The notes: generated by a model not told the origin, from the letters alone. A stretch of DNA of 63,380 nt, filler included, from Phoronis australis (GCA_002633005.1; 5 parts of 5 records of this genome joined end to end with filler, not necessarily neighbours in it), one strand, 5' to 3'. Shown: positions 14,085-27,300, counted from the first letter of the whole stretch. A program made the numbers and translations.

Positions 14085-14239
14085 CTACAATCGGGCCTGT
14101 TCGGTACACGGGTTGCAATAACCGCACGTCAACGGGCAGAACTCCAGCGCAGCCTTCAAAACTGCATAGCGATTGTCGTTACACCATTGGCGGTGCCCCT
14201 GGCAGTCAAACGATCCCCATTCGAAGTGGTCCACACATG
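14085..14239 (-). CDS. Terminal exon encoding an ShK toxin (ShKT) domain
   Basis: Acceptor TTGGATTCCAG|CA (phase 1), then CVDHFEWGSFDCQGHRQWCNDNRYAVLKAALEFCPLTCGYCNPCTEQARL*. This is the CxD...C...C...CPxTCGxC six-cysteine ShKT pattern. The ORF track missed it. Confidence 0.85.
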
Positions 14240-15301
14240 CTGGAATCCAACAAAGCAAAACATGAGCGCCAAGGCAGCTGAGTTATTTCGGTAAAGAGGA
14301 CGAGTACCAGAATGTGATATTTGAACAAAACGTGCATTTATGCACTTAAACACAGTAAAAATGCCCCGACAGTGTTGACCGTCCTCCGACGGAAGAGCTA
14401 TGTAAATAAAGAGCTATGGAAAATGAGGAGTTGCACCCACGACATCACCGCAAAACGTATGTTTCAAGTATTCCTTTTTTTATGTATTAATGTCACCACC
14501 GTCCTATTAAAGTTGCAAACTGGCTTCTGGTGTCGCATTCAGTCCTCTCTGTGAATGTATATTAAGATAAATGTATCTGTGAAGCCATTTTGCACAGTAG
14601 AATTCTTCATTCACGTTTTTGCACGTAGTTCCATCTGTGCATCTTACCCAACAAAATTTTACGACTACAATCCCTCATTGTCCCCAGGGCTGACCTATCA
14701 TTGCTGTGATGTATCTGCCACGTTTATTTGAGTCAATTAACGCCACATGCAGATCAAGAATCATTATCAAAGCCATCTCAAAAGGGGAAATTCATATTCC
14801 TCCACAGTACTTTATTGAGCAATACAAACCGATCTAGTAAATCGTTACAGGGGTATACCTTAATGACAGGATGTCGTTGATAAAGATTTCTTGTGGTGGT
14901 GCCCGTTGCTACAAGAACTCTAGCGGTCATATTCCATCAGCCAGGGTTCGAAGATTTCTATCTCAGAGATCGGCACATCATACACCTCGCCCCACCCTCA
15001 TGTCCTATCAATTTGAACACATACATGCATGCATGTCGACACTACACCCAAAGTGCCCCTGTGGCAGCGACGTTTTGTATGGGGCGTGAGCTACAGCTTT
15101 ACAGTAGACCTACCTGTTATTTGAGTTAAAAATTGAAAAATATATTCTCTTGGTAACTGTCCTACAAATTGTTATTTTGTCGCTCGTTATGTTGTGGCAA
15201 CGCGTTCAAACTAGTGGTCCGCGTGAAACATTCTCTGCATTGCAGCCGCATCATTTCCTGTTAATTGCTGGCGCAGAAATGCCTCAACTTGGTTAAATAT
15301 G

Positions 15302-15401
15302 NNNNNNNNNNNNNNNNNNNNNNNNNNNNNNNNNNNNNNNNNNNNTTAATTAATTAANNNNNNNNNNNNNNNNNNNNNNNNNNNNNNNNNNNNNNNNNNN
15401 N
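15302..15401. other. Artificial contig spacer
   Basis: 44 N + TTAATTAATTAA (stops in all six frames) + 44 N. Confidence 0.95.
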
Positions 15402-15718
15402 AGGATAGCGTCATCTCACTACTAGGTGCCTACATACCAAATTTCATGAAAATCCGTTCAGGACTTTTGAAGATACAAAGGTAAGCGTAAAAAACAAAAA
15501 TTGCCACTAGGGGGCACACCGGTAGTCGGATCCGTCCGAAAGTTCGCACATGCCGTCCCATTCATGAATGGAACATATGTGCCAAATTTCATGAACGTAT
15601 GTCAAAGGGTTTTGGAGATGGAGCAGCGGACGCCGGACGCCAGACGCCGCCCGGACGGACGGACGGACAGAGATGACGGCATAATGCGTCCACATATAAA
15701 TATGTGGGCGCATAAAAA
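15402..15718 (+). mobile_element. 3' end of a HINE/DINE-like (non-autonomous Helentron-type) interspersed repeat
   Basis: Repeated core CCAAATTTCATGAA (~15437, ~15582), a (GGAC)n microsatellite at ~15653-15668, a terminal hairpin ATGCGTCCACATA-TAAA-TATGTGGGCGCAT (15684-15713), then an A-run. Confidence 0.6.
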
Positions 15719-16420
15719 TGGCCAACTCTGATGAATAAGGTTCAAGATATCCTTAATTTTTACATTATTTTATTATTTTATGTGACTAGGTCGAAAACGT
15801 CAAAATGATGTCATACTAAAGAATAAAAAAACTGGCATAACGGATGTATACAAAAATGCATCATTTACTACATAGGCCAACACTAGCATAATTTTACCCA
15901 TATCAGAGCACTACAACCTGAGCATAAAGTAGTTCACTTCCCACTAGGTCCTTAGAATTCACAGATTATGACATGTTTGTTGCTGTGGAATTGACATTTT
16001 TAATATTATTTTTAAAAACTTTTTGTGAACTACTGGAGATCTCATCTTGGTGTTATCTCAGGATCCTGTTCACAAGTCATCAATTTCTACTTTCACATGA
16101 GCACGATGTCCATGGCTCATAGTTTGTGCTGACAAAGGGAATGTTTGAGGCCCCTTCTAGTAGGTAAAATTTGTATAAATATAAGTCTCGAATTACCAGA
16201 AACAATGTCCTAACAGTCCAAAATAGCAGTGTTCACTTAAGCTGTGGGGTCCATTGTCAATTTCCATTTGTTTACCACAGATGAAATTAGTTTGTCTTCC
16301 TGGAATTTGCCTTCTGTGATAAACAGTGCAAAAACTCGGCAACACAGTAAATGTGCAATGACTCACATACTATCTCGCATAACCTCTACGTGATGTGTCA
16401 TCATGCTAAGGACCACTCAC

Positions 16421-19400
16421 CATAGAACATAACCTGACACATAGTCTCTCCATGTTGTTCTCTGCCATGCTCGAGTCCAAGGCTGACAGGTAAAGAGTCT
16501 TGTTCTGCAGCTGAACTGGCAACTGATCCAGTACCAAGCTTAAAATGTTCCAGTCACGCTCCTGCAGGAAAAACGAAACAATGCAAAATTAATACTTCAT
16601 TCATACAAGATACAACAACGAACAATGAAAAATGAAAAATGTAATAGCACAGAATTTTCTTTTGAACTGAATTGCCTCTGAAACTTTGTTGCACCTGATT
16701 GTAATTAACGTCGTCCCAAGATAAAACAGCGCCACTTCTATCATCAAAAAGATTTCTCACAGACAAACTCTTTTCTCATAGTGGTCATGACTTTCACCAT
16801 AAGTCGGGCAAACTACATGCCCATCTCAAGGTTTTCTCAGTTATTTTCACAGTTATCCTATGCTGTAGTGTAAATATCTCACGTGATGAAGACAATCGAT
16901 TATGATGCAGAAGGCCTCAGAGAAGGCTATAGCCACAGGTTTTATCTGCAGTGAGCAAACTGGAGATGTTGACGAAGTAACGGTGGGACTAGCACAATCA
17001 CTGTCGGTTCCTGCAGGAGGATCACTCTCTGGATGATCACAAATGAAGTAGGGACTGAATTGCAGTTTCTTCTCTCCACCTTCTGAGTTCATGGTTACTG
17101 GCAGGCCAAGCTGTTTTAGTTTGTTAGCACGGAATTGTAGGAGACACTCAAATATCTGTAAAAGAAACAGAATCAAAGTTCTCTCAAGAGCAACATATGA
17201 AGAAATAAAAGAACAATGACAATGAATGTGAAGATGATAAAACTAAGTACAGTGCTTGACACCTAATGAAAACTGAGGTCACCAAAAATGACGTCAGGAA
17301 TCACCAACCAAACAAAAATGAAAAAGTGAACTCCCCTCTGATCACTTATAAAACAGAGTTTACCTGAGTTCATAATTATTCATGCATATATCCAAGTTGA
17401 TTTTGCTTTGATCAACCCCAAGGCTAGTGTAATGAGGGTCCATCAACAAGTAAGTGAGAAATGATCAGTGAATAAAAGTAGTCATAAGAAATTCTTGAAT
17501 GGCAGGAGAATGCTTGTGTCAGATTATGCATAAATAAAAATGTTCTTGGTAAATATGTAATGAAAAATCAAGATATATTTTATATATAGCACATATCACG
17601 TCAAATTTTTGGTTGACTGGTCACCTAGAAGTCGACGACCGGTCATCAACTGGTTAGCGACCAGCAGCCCGCCAGAATGCTGACTCATTAGGTGACCCCC
17701 CAGCTGACCCCACGTCGACTGCCGACCGGCCATCAGCAGACCTGATGGTCAGCTGCTATTTTTAGGCTAGAGTATCAGATGCGTAATAGGTTGTCAGGTT
17801 AATACCATGTTGCGTGCTGATGCATATTCGTCTTCTAGTTTTACTGCGTCATTGTTGTATGAGTTCAATTCAGCTGAACACTATCAATCGAAGGTTGAAG
17901 GCAAGTGGTAATATTGAATATTGGACAATGGACAATGCAACCAGTTATGAATAACAAGACATGGAAGTATTCTTCACATTTGATCTTTTGACTCGTGGCA
18001 GTAACAAGTTCCCAAAGATTGGCTGCTTCCCAGTCAATACAACACCATGATCTTGAAAATGCAGTCTCGTTCCCACTTCTCTTTTGTTTGTGTCATGCAG
18101 AACAGCATCATTTTCAGCAATAGTCAGATGTAATGAGCACATATTTTGAGAACCTGTTTGACGCCCCTTAGTCAGTGGAGAAAAATCGTTCTTAAAATTC
18201 GGACACGTTATATTCAACCATTACCACGGGCACTTTTTGAGATTAAAAATGACAGGTGATGTTTAACAGCCAAGTCGGGCATGATGTACAGCCTCTAGCC
18301 AGTGTTCTGCATTTTCCAATCACCACGAAAGATTATACACTGTTCCATCGCGTTCTTAAAACGCTTAATACTTCTACATTCATTGTGCCTCGCTGGAGAA
18401 AAGACCTATCAGTTTCCGAAAATGCGCTCGATCCTAAAGAACACCCAGCACAAGAGCTTTTTATTGAAAACCCACGGCACGTTAGTTTTTCACTATATTC
18501 ACAAAAATGCAATAATTGTAATACTATGTACAAAAAGTTCTTATATACACCTGACACAAATACCGCATCATAAAAAATGCACTCTTGAGCACAATTTTAG
18601 TTACACATTCAGTGCCTACATTGTACATGTACATGTACGTGTGGCGAGAAAGTCTATCTGCATGAAGATAATAAAGTGTGCGTTTTCAAAGTTCACGTCT
18701 GAATCGTGTGGCCAGGGCACTACAATAAATCAAACATAATGAACTACAAAGCATGGTTACCTCAAAGTGTTCCCTTAAAACGTACCTACACGTAGATTTT
18801 GAGAACCAGTTTTCCCATTATTCAGTGGAAAGGGGTTCTCAAAATGTGGGCATAATTTATCTAACTATTCACCAAGGAGTTGTTTTGTAACATTTTATTG
18901 TTTGTACTACTAGATGCTCGTTCTAGAATGCTCAGTACGGTAATACATGAACGCAATTTAGCAACACTGTATACCAGTGACTGTACTAAATAAAGGAATT
19001 GCTATCAATGTCAAGCATTTGTACAATTTGATAATTCCAATCATCAGGTATGCTTCGACTGTACAGTTAGTTGCAATGCTTGACTTGTACGATGCTTTGA
19101 TTTTTACCTCCCGATTCACCATCCCAGTACGAATTTAAGCAACTGGGGATTTGAATATTTCGCATGCATATATCTTACTTCATCTAATGTTAACAAAAAA
19201 CGAAACCAAAAGTAGAGAGACAAGTTGTAATAAAGGAAATAAAGCCAAATCAAAAGATGTAAATCAACTACGCATTAACAAGAAATTCATACCGTTGATA
19301 GAAGACATTGAGTAAAGCAATGTATTTTTGTCAAGAAATTTGAATCCACGCTGTCTTGAATGAATAACTTAGGCTAACAAAACCCCATGTCTTGAAACCT

Positions 19401-22400
19401 CTGTCATAGAACTTAATGTTGTATGTGTTTCTGATTGGCATGGTATTCTTTTTTAATCATAGCTTTACTTTAACACAACCGGTGAAAACGCTATTATTAC
19501 CACCTGATTTTTTCTTTAGAGAGAATGAGTTGTTACACCAAAGGGCTGTTACTCCAAAGATTTTATTTTCCGAGTATTAACCCTAAGTTTGCAGTTAAGA
19601 CACGAAACACACAGTATTGTGTACCTACTCCCACGGGCTCAGAAGGCTGTAATATTGAAATGATATGGTTACGATTTTTACGAACTTCCAAAGTGACATC
19701 AAACACGGAATGATGAATTACTGTTGATGGTTAACCAATCCTTCCTTTGTTTGTGCTTGCCATTTTCATGCAACGGTGATGTTCAAATCTGCACTCGTAA
19801 AACCTCCAGCGCTACTTTTTTAATGCAATTTCACAAGTCAGTAACTTTTCAACGTTTTTTCATTGTTGTATGTAAAAAACAATCCATAGCCAGGGTTCGA
19901 AATTATATCTCCGCGAGAACATTTGACGTTTGATTTTACCACACTGGCGGTAATTCCTCAAGAATATTTGCTGTGTTCTAATTCCACGCACTTTGTAAGT
20001 ATATTCAATTTCACTACTAAGGCAGCTGAAACCCGGTTTCCGAAACGGGTAAAACCGGAAGCTAGGATTCATCAAATTTATGCTCTGTGACGTATTTGTA
20101 GCCTATGACAGTCTTTCTACAAAATTGTGGAGCATTGCTATAAAACTCCGTTGTTAAATTACGACCATTTTTCAAAAAATTGTGCTGAAACCCCAGGGCG
20201 AAAACTTGCCGACTGATACGTCGCTGAATCGCGATCGTCGATGGGAAAACTTGAATTCTTGAATAAAAATATAGTTTTGACTCAACAAATTACCTGAGAT
20301 CTTCCTTATTTTTTACAATTTTTAAAGTTCATGTGGAGTCCAGATTAATTGCGAGAAAGTCCAAATCTGCACTACATCGTACCCCACAATACGAGAAAAA
20401 ATCTCTGAATGAACACAATGTTGTTGTCACGTGAGGTTTGTTTTGAAGTTCGTCTGCATACGAGAGCGAGTAAGCGAGCGCGTGCGGGTCGTCGACAACA
20501 GACTTTTTTGTTACAAAAGGTGGAGGATTATGCAAGAAAATGGCATTTATAAGATTGTTTTTCACTTAAACGGCTGCAACGTGCAAGGTGAGTGCCGGTT
20601 AACTCACAGATTTTGTGTGCACAGGCCGACAGTCGTTAGCTCTACCGTGGAGTATAACACTGATAGTCCTAAGCTCGATCTACACGTTGGGGACTAGGTG
20701 ACGAGGTGAGCCATAGGCGGATTTAGGGGGGCCCAGGGGGCCCGGCCCCCCCTTGGTTGGTGCAAGGAAAAATAAACAGCAGGAACAGCGTGAAGAAATG
20801 AGTGCACCAATTTGGAATGGCAGCGGGGGTAGTTCGCAGAGGAATCGCGTCCCCATTTTTTTAGTCCTCCGATAGAATTTGGCAACACCAGGTCCACATC
20901 GTCAGCCCCCGCAACTTTCGGGCCGCCTGTGCTTCCAATTGTGCTTTGCCCAATTCTCCGAGGCAACATCTTGGGCCCCCTTATGGTATCCTAGATCCGC
21001 CACTATGAACTACCCGGGCTGTGTGAAATTTCTGGGTCTAACGGAGACACTGATGTAGTGGTTTGCCAGCTCGCTGTATCAAGTTTATCATCAAAATCCA
21101 AATTCGTGTTATAGTGTCCTTGTCAATAATAACGGCATGCTAAAGTTTCTTAACGTTCGTACTTCAGGAATATAACAATCATGTGTTTTGTATACATAAG
21201 CGCATGACGCAGATCACATCTCGGAAATTCCCGATTTGACGGATGACAATGAATGAGCACAATGAAATTAAACAATGTTGTTTTACAGCTTGAAAGATTC
21301 ATAATAAACATATTTTGAACATTGCAATGCATCAGGGCTTGGAATGACCCATGACAAAAAAAGAGGAAATTTTTACAGCCCTAAATACGCATATCAATCT
21401 AAACCATACCTCAACAGATCGAAAGTTACTGTGTCGTGTCGGCAAAATGCACTCATCTTAAGCAGTACCTGATATCTATTTCAGCAACAACAATGAAGGC
21501 AATTAGATGCAACAAAAAAATATTTTTTAAAATCAAAATAGCAATAATGATGAAAAATTTGCAGTCTAAGTGGCAGGAGCTTATTCTTGATTTGCTGCAC
21601 TGAGGGAGACCTATAAAATTATTTTCAATTCTTATGATTACGATACAAAATTACAAAAAAATTGAAAATTGATCCATAGATTATCTAGAAAGCCTGAAAT
21701 ACATACACATTTAATTCCAACAAAAAATTTTTAATTCCAATGCAAATGGAAAAAGTCAAGACGAAAACCTGTGGCTCATACCGAAACTGTTAGCATGGAA
21801 AAATGAAAGTAAAAAAACAACATACTTTATAGAATGCATTAATCACAATCCTAAGTTGGCCAAACTTTTCAGTTTCAAACAGTAATTACAGGAGTTAATT
21901 GTTCATAAGTCACGCTGGTGCAGAAGAAACTATGTGACATAAGAAATAAAGTTCTATCAGGACACTGTAAATAGTCAGGCGGAATTTGAAAACAATGGCT
22001 TAAACCAATCAGATCATTCAGGATCTGTCACGTGATCACTTCTCTAAAATTGCAAAACAAAATAGAACACGGAAAATGTCACGATAAACTGAAATACATA
22101 AAAGGCAATTTAAAACGCATTTGCAGTAACGAAAATAGCACTTTGTATCCCGCTTCGGCGGAACGTAGAAAATTGCACTCAAAGCGGTCAGGCCTTAGGG
22201 CTTAGCAGTCAATGGCAACGGGTGTGCATGTGGGGCCAAACAAAATAATTTCATACATCACTCAAATCCAATGATTCCAATCCAACGAATAACCGGTTAC
22301 GATTGAATTTTCCTTTCAGTCCGAGGCGACTCGCTCACGCACTCCATAATTGTTCGTCTCTCAAAGTTTACACTAAATTACAGACCACAAACCTTGACTT

Positions 22401-23931
22401 ATGTTGTTTTTGAAGACATTGACCGTTTCTTTTATCCACTTTTCCACAAAATACTCTGTCTAGTCCACGCTCCACCCATTTTTGACAGCAGAATCGCACT
22501 ATTTTTCGCCGCGATTTTATACCAAATGCAGACGCCATTGATGAACCACACTATCCCAGGCACAGGCGCTTGAATTTATCTGAGTTCCTCGATTGCCTCT
22601 GACGTCACTCACTACTAAGATAGCATGTTTCGTGTATATGGTTACTAGTCATCGAGAAATTCGAGTGCCTGTGATCCACAATTACAATTTTCATACCTCC
22701 GAAACTTAAAGAGCAGTTTCCGCTTTTCAAACCGTCGGCAACGCCGCAGTGAGAAACCAATTTGTCGCGATAATTTTATGGCAAATCCCATTTTTTTCCG
22801 CGGAAATATAACGAAAATACGCGGAGGGGCTAAAAGAAAAAAGTGGAAATCCGCGTTTCCACGGAAAATTCCAAGCCTTGATGCATGTTTTCCAAAATCT
22901 AAATAACTTGGGTCCTATATTTTTGTATTCGTGCGCGTCGAATGAAAGTAATCGTGAGTGTTGTTGTGTTGCTAAATCTCTAATTCTGGACCGATTTGAA
23001 AAATTCAAAGTTGTACCAACATTTTTTTCTCTCCTCTTTTCAAATATTACACTCAAAACTATGTAAAACGTTCTCCGTAAAAAGTACGGTCATCTAGGCT
23101 AGATTGTAATCAGCTGATCGTATCCGCATCAGCGAAGCCAATTATCCTCACTCGTGACTCAATGAATAGAGCAGCTAGATGGGATCCCTTTGATCGTGAG
23201 CTGAGCGCGGCACAGCCAAGGTGGATAAATACAGTCTAGTTCAATCGGCCAAACCCCACAGTTTTCCCTGATCAGTGGGGTTTGACAAGATCTCGTTTAG
23301 TGGGAGTGTTTATAGCATGCGTCATACTTAAGCGAGTTTAACGGTATGTCAAGCTCTTAAAGTGAAAGATTTTTGTTTTAGGTCATTTTTACATTTCAAA
23401 ATAATTTTGAAATAAGTTTTGCAATTGCTTAATAAAGTTATTAAAAGATTCATAGAAACAATCATAAATTAAGCAGAATTAAGATATAAACTGTGGCCAT
23501 TGAATGATCACGCCAGTCCTTTGCACTTGCAAGCGTAGACAAAAACAAAACAGTAAATTAGTTACTATTTTAATAATCAAACAACCCTTATTATATTATA
23601 ATAATAGAACGCACAAGGACGCCAATAAGGAAAAGGACAAAAATAAGCAAGAGGCTATGGCAGAAAACTAAACACAAATGACAAAGAGTCCAGTGAGGCA
23701 AATGACAATATAACCACTACTTACAGCATGACGTATGCTAGTTGCTACTTACAGCATGACGTATGCTAGTTGCTACTTACAGCATGACGTATGCTAGTTG
23801 CTACTTACAGCATGACGTATGCTAGTTGCCACTGGTAGCATCGACAGCAGCTTGTAGTGATTGCGGAGATGGTCGATCAACAAGTTGTAAGCCTTCTGAG
23901 CATGGGTAAATGTCTGATGGAATAACTTCAC
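16421..23931 (-). CDS. TSC2: Tuberin (TSC2), internal fragment; exons 23931-23809, 17155-16883, 16561-16421
   Basis: Three phase-0 GT-AG exons give VKLFHQTFTHAQKAYNLLIDHLRNHYKLLSMLPVATSIRHA|IFECLLQFRANKLKQLGLP...LQFSPYFICD...FCIIIDCLHH|ERDWNILSLVLDQLPVQLQNKTL...MERLCVRLCSM. They are collinear with human TSC2 as recalled (TKLYTLPASHATRVY...LPIASSIRLQ|AFDFLLLLRADSLHRLGLP...FSPYCVCD...CLKQ|ESDWKVLKLVL...LCSALCSM), including intron positions. Confidence 0.93.
20021..20154 (+). repeat. Dispersed repeat, copy 2 (see 12101-12233)
   Basis: Direct sequence match to 12101-12233. Confidence 0.8.
20712..21007. mobile_element. GC-rich MITE with CATAG(TG)GCGGAT(T/C)TAGG terminal inverted repeats
   Basis: Left end CATAGGCGGATTTAGG, right end CCTAGATCCGCCACTATG. 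The left ~50 bp recurs inverted at ~37656-37704. No clear TSD. Confidence 0.55.
21333..22880. mobile_element. Non-autonomous hAT-like element with 6-bp TSD (in a TSC2 intron)
   Basis: TIRs CAGGGCTTGGAAT ... ATTCCAAGCCTTG, flanked on both sides by ATGCAT (21327-21332, 22881-22886). A related 251-bp copy lies at 59612-59862. Confidence 0.75.
22561..22673. repeat. Small inverted-repeat element nested in the hAT-like element
   Basis: CACAGGCGCTTGAATTT ... AAATTCGAGTGCCTGTG (17-bp imperfect inverted repeat). Confidence 0.45.
23717..23828. repeat. Perfect 4 x 28-bp tandem repeat spanning a TSC2 exon/intron junction
   Basis: The unit CTACTTACAGCATGACGTATGCTAGTTG starts at 23717, 23745, 23773 and 23801. 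Confidence 0.97.
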
Positions 23932-24399
23932 CTAAAATACACAAATTATGACTAAACACAAGACATTTTGAGGAGCTAAATGAGGCAATTGTATAAGCCA
24001 AAAGTATCTGTCAAAACGTAATTATTAAAGTTTTAGCTTCAATGAGACCTACACTCCGCACACAGGTTGAGGAGACAGACGTCACAGGGTGCAGGTAACA
24101 TAAAGTGACAATACCCCTTGTGCAAATCCGACATCTTTAAATTCAGCTCAGTGATGCATTATGGGTAATTTTACCTCTTATCACAGCTGCATAGCAAACA
24201 CTGCGTTACTGCTGTTGGACCATCAAGACATTGATTGAAAACCCTTAATAATTTCAAATTTGTTGAACAATGTAGTGTAATATAATTCATTTGACATATA
24301 CTTAAGTAACTCTTAAAACATTTTAATATACCGGGTATTTTAAAAGAAATTGAGCACACCGATTCAGGTGATCTTTCAAACTCGGCAAACAGCATTTCA

Positions 24400-27300
24400 C
24401 GTTAACTTTCTGCCTTCAACAACGGCGGTAAACTGTATGATGGTCAACAGCGATGAATGAGGGTAACAACGAATAAAAAAATCCTTTACAATCTTTAATG
24501 GTGTTTCACATCACTCAAACAATAAGGTATCCAGTCTATCTAACAAGTTGTAGGAAAATAAGAAGTTCGTTTCTACATTTGTGCACGGTACTGTTCGCGA
24601 GCGTCACTTCCTGCTGATTGCGTATTGAGTTCTTGGGTTCTGTCTGAAACTTAACGGTGTGAGTTGGCTTGTTTAGAGTACAGTTTTGTATATTTTTAAC
24701 CTAGTTAAAGGAGAGTGCCACCCTATTTAATTATGCCTCTTACACGGTCGACCTCACCTTTCATGTTAACCTGTGAGGAACCTGTGTCAGAATTTCCTGT
24801 TTGAAATCACAAACTTTTAATATTAATAGGGATAGTCCTTTCAAAAGGTTGCTAGAATTTGTTTTGAATAGAATCCAGAAGTTTTCGTTGTCAGTATAGA
24901 GTCTGGATAATTCTGGTAAAAATTTGATCTATCATTTAATACTGCACAGTTACCGTAAGTAAAAAATGTATTCCGTCTTCAATTTCTGGGAGGTTGCAGA
25001 TTTCACAAAGCCTCTCCTCCTACCAGTTTCTATTTTCAGTTAATGAATTCGGCTAGTATTGTATGTAGAGTTGGTGGTAGACAGCAAAGATATTCAACAA
25101 TTTGCAAGATAAATCTGTTTAGATGATACAGTAATATGAGCACTTGCTGGACTTCTGCACCGACATCCTCCATTTTTGGGCACCACAATCCAACAATCTT
25201 TGCTTAAATTCTAATATAAACAAATCGATATTTCCAGGGCCACTTTTCCATGCTTCCTCAAACCCATATCTGAATAAAATATCTTTAACTGTAATGGCGC
25301 AATTTGTTTGCCCTCTTTCACAGTGTTTCCACAGCAGCCTGTAGCTTTTCTTCGGGTACCTCTGGTTTATCCATCTTTAGAACCAGTAGATTATTGGTCT
25401 GCACAAGTATTTCATTAATAACAAATGCCTGCTGCATTTCCCTCTAGCCACAATGTTAGTTGTTTTCTTTGACACACCAGCAAACCATTTACAAAAACCA
25501 TTGTGAACACTTTCTATGTCTTTCGAATATACTGTATCCCATATCTCAGCACAATACATCAATATAGGAGATAGACCATGATTAAATAATTTAAAACATA
25601 CATGTGGGGAACTACACTTCACTTTTTAAACATGCTTTTAACATGTTCATTGCTTTTTTCTAGCTTGCAGAGCTACTAATCAGCAAATTTCTTTCCATTT
25701 TAATCTGGAAGAATATGACACACGAATATACTTAAGATTTCGTTTCTACCAATTTCTCAATGTAAAACCATTTTTCCTGTGCTGATAGAGCTCCACCTTG
25801 GTTGAAAACCATCACAATATTTGTCTTAACAAGATTAACATAGAGACTCCAATTCACACAGTAATTATGCAAATACATTTAATTTTCTCTGAAGTCCAGG
25901 CACTGTGTCCACCATAAGCACTAAATCATCTGCAAACAGTAACAAACTTTTTCACTATCATCACACTTGATTCCTCGACCTCCATTTTCATTGACCTCTG
26001 ACACCAGCCAGTTAACAAAAACCGAGAATAACCAAGGACTCAGTATGCAGCCTTGTTTCACTCCTCTCTTATATTCAAAGTAGGGACCATGATTTGATTC
26101 TGCATTCTGACACAAGATTTCGCTTCACCATAATTTTCCCACAGAGATTATTTTTTAACAAACAATAAAACAAACGTGTTATTTCCACACTGTCAAACAC
26201 CTTAAGTTACTTAAGTCCACAAAGGCACAGTACATTTTCCCACCACAGTTAGATAAATTTCTGGGAACCAAAGCTTGCAGAACAAAAACATTATCCATGG
26301 TCAAATAAACTGCCCTAAATCTGGCTTTTTCCTTAGGGATACATTACACTGCATCAGACCACTCAATAAGCCTTTTGTTTAATATTGATATAAACAGCTT
26401 GCTCATGCTATTAATCAAAGAAATTCTGATGTAATTATTTGGGTTATTTTTGTCTCCTTTCTTGTAGATTAGGAACAGTGGTTTACTCTTTCTCCAGTTC
26501 TCGGGAATTCGCCTGCAGCTAAGTACCTTATAAACAGTTTGCATATTTCAAGGATGTCACTCAGTGATTAGAAGAATTATTTGCAATACCATCTTCTCTT
26601 GGCCTTTTATTGTTCTTAAGTTTAATTATTGCCAGACTGATTTCTGACATGTCAATTTCCTTATAAGCCTCACCAGGATTCTATCACTAAGTGTGTTGGC
26701 ATTTTCACTATCACAGTCACTGCAGCTTTTGTCATGCTATCTGTACTCACTGGCTAACTATTGTAATGTAATTTTATGTAACATGTACAAATGAGCTGAG
26801 CTCCAAGTACAAATAAACAATCTCTCTCTCTCTATATATATATATTGTGCAGTGGATTTCTCAGTGGAACAGCAGTTAGTATTATTGGTCTTGGGTGTCT
26901 GCCCTGTTGGGGAGTCCTACTTGTTTACAGCCTGTTAAATGAATGAAACAAATCACCATTGTCTAGATGGAAGTTACATAACTCTTTTGCCCTGATACAA
27001 AACTTAGCTATGAAAGTGTCATAGCCTCTGAAGACAGAAAACTGACCTGCAACTAGAGAATAATGGCAGAACCTATATAAGCCCTATTATGAACAATAAA
27101 AGTTCAGGTAATTGTCATTTCTCAATGTTAAGTTACTTCACATCTCATCAAATTACTTAAATAAGTTTTATATGCGCTAACTGCGAAGCCATATGGAAGC
27201 TAGTTTACAGTGAAACAACACCTGTAGTTGAGATAAAAGGTCATATATATTATGACAAACTAAACTACTACAGATATCCGTAATTACAAAAGTTATATAA

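Noticed and set aside
23717-23828. 28-bp repeats as a CRISPR array
   Set aside because: The units are directly adjacent with no spacers, there are no cas genes, and the context is a eukaryotic exon/intron junction.
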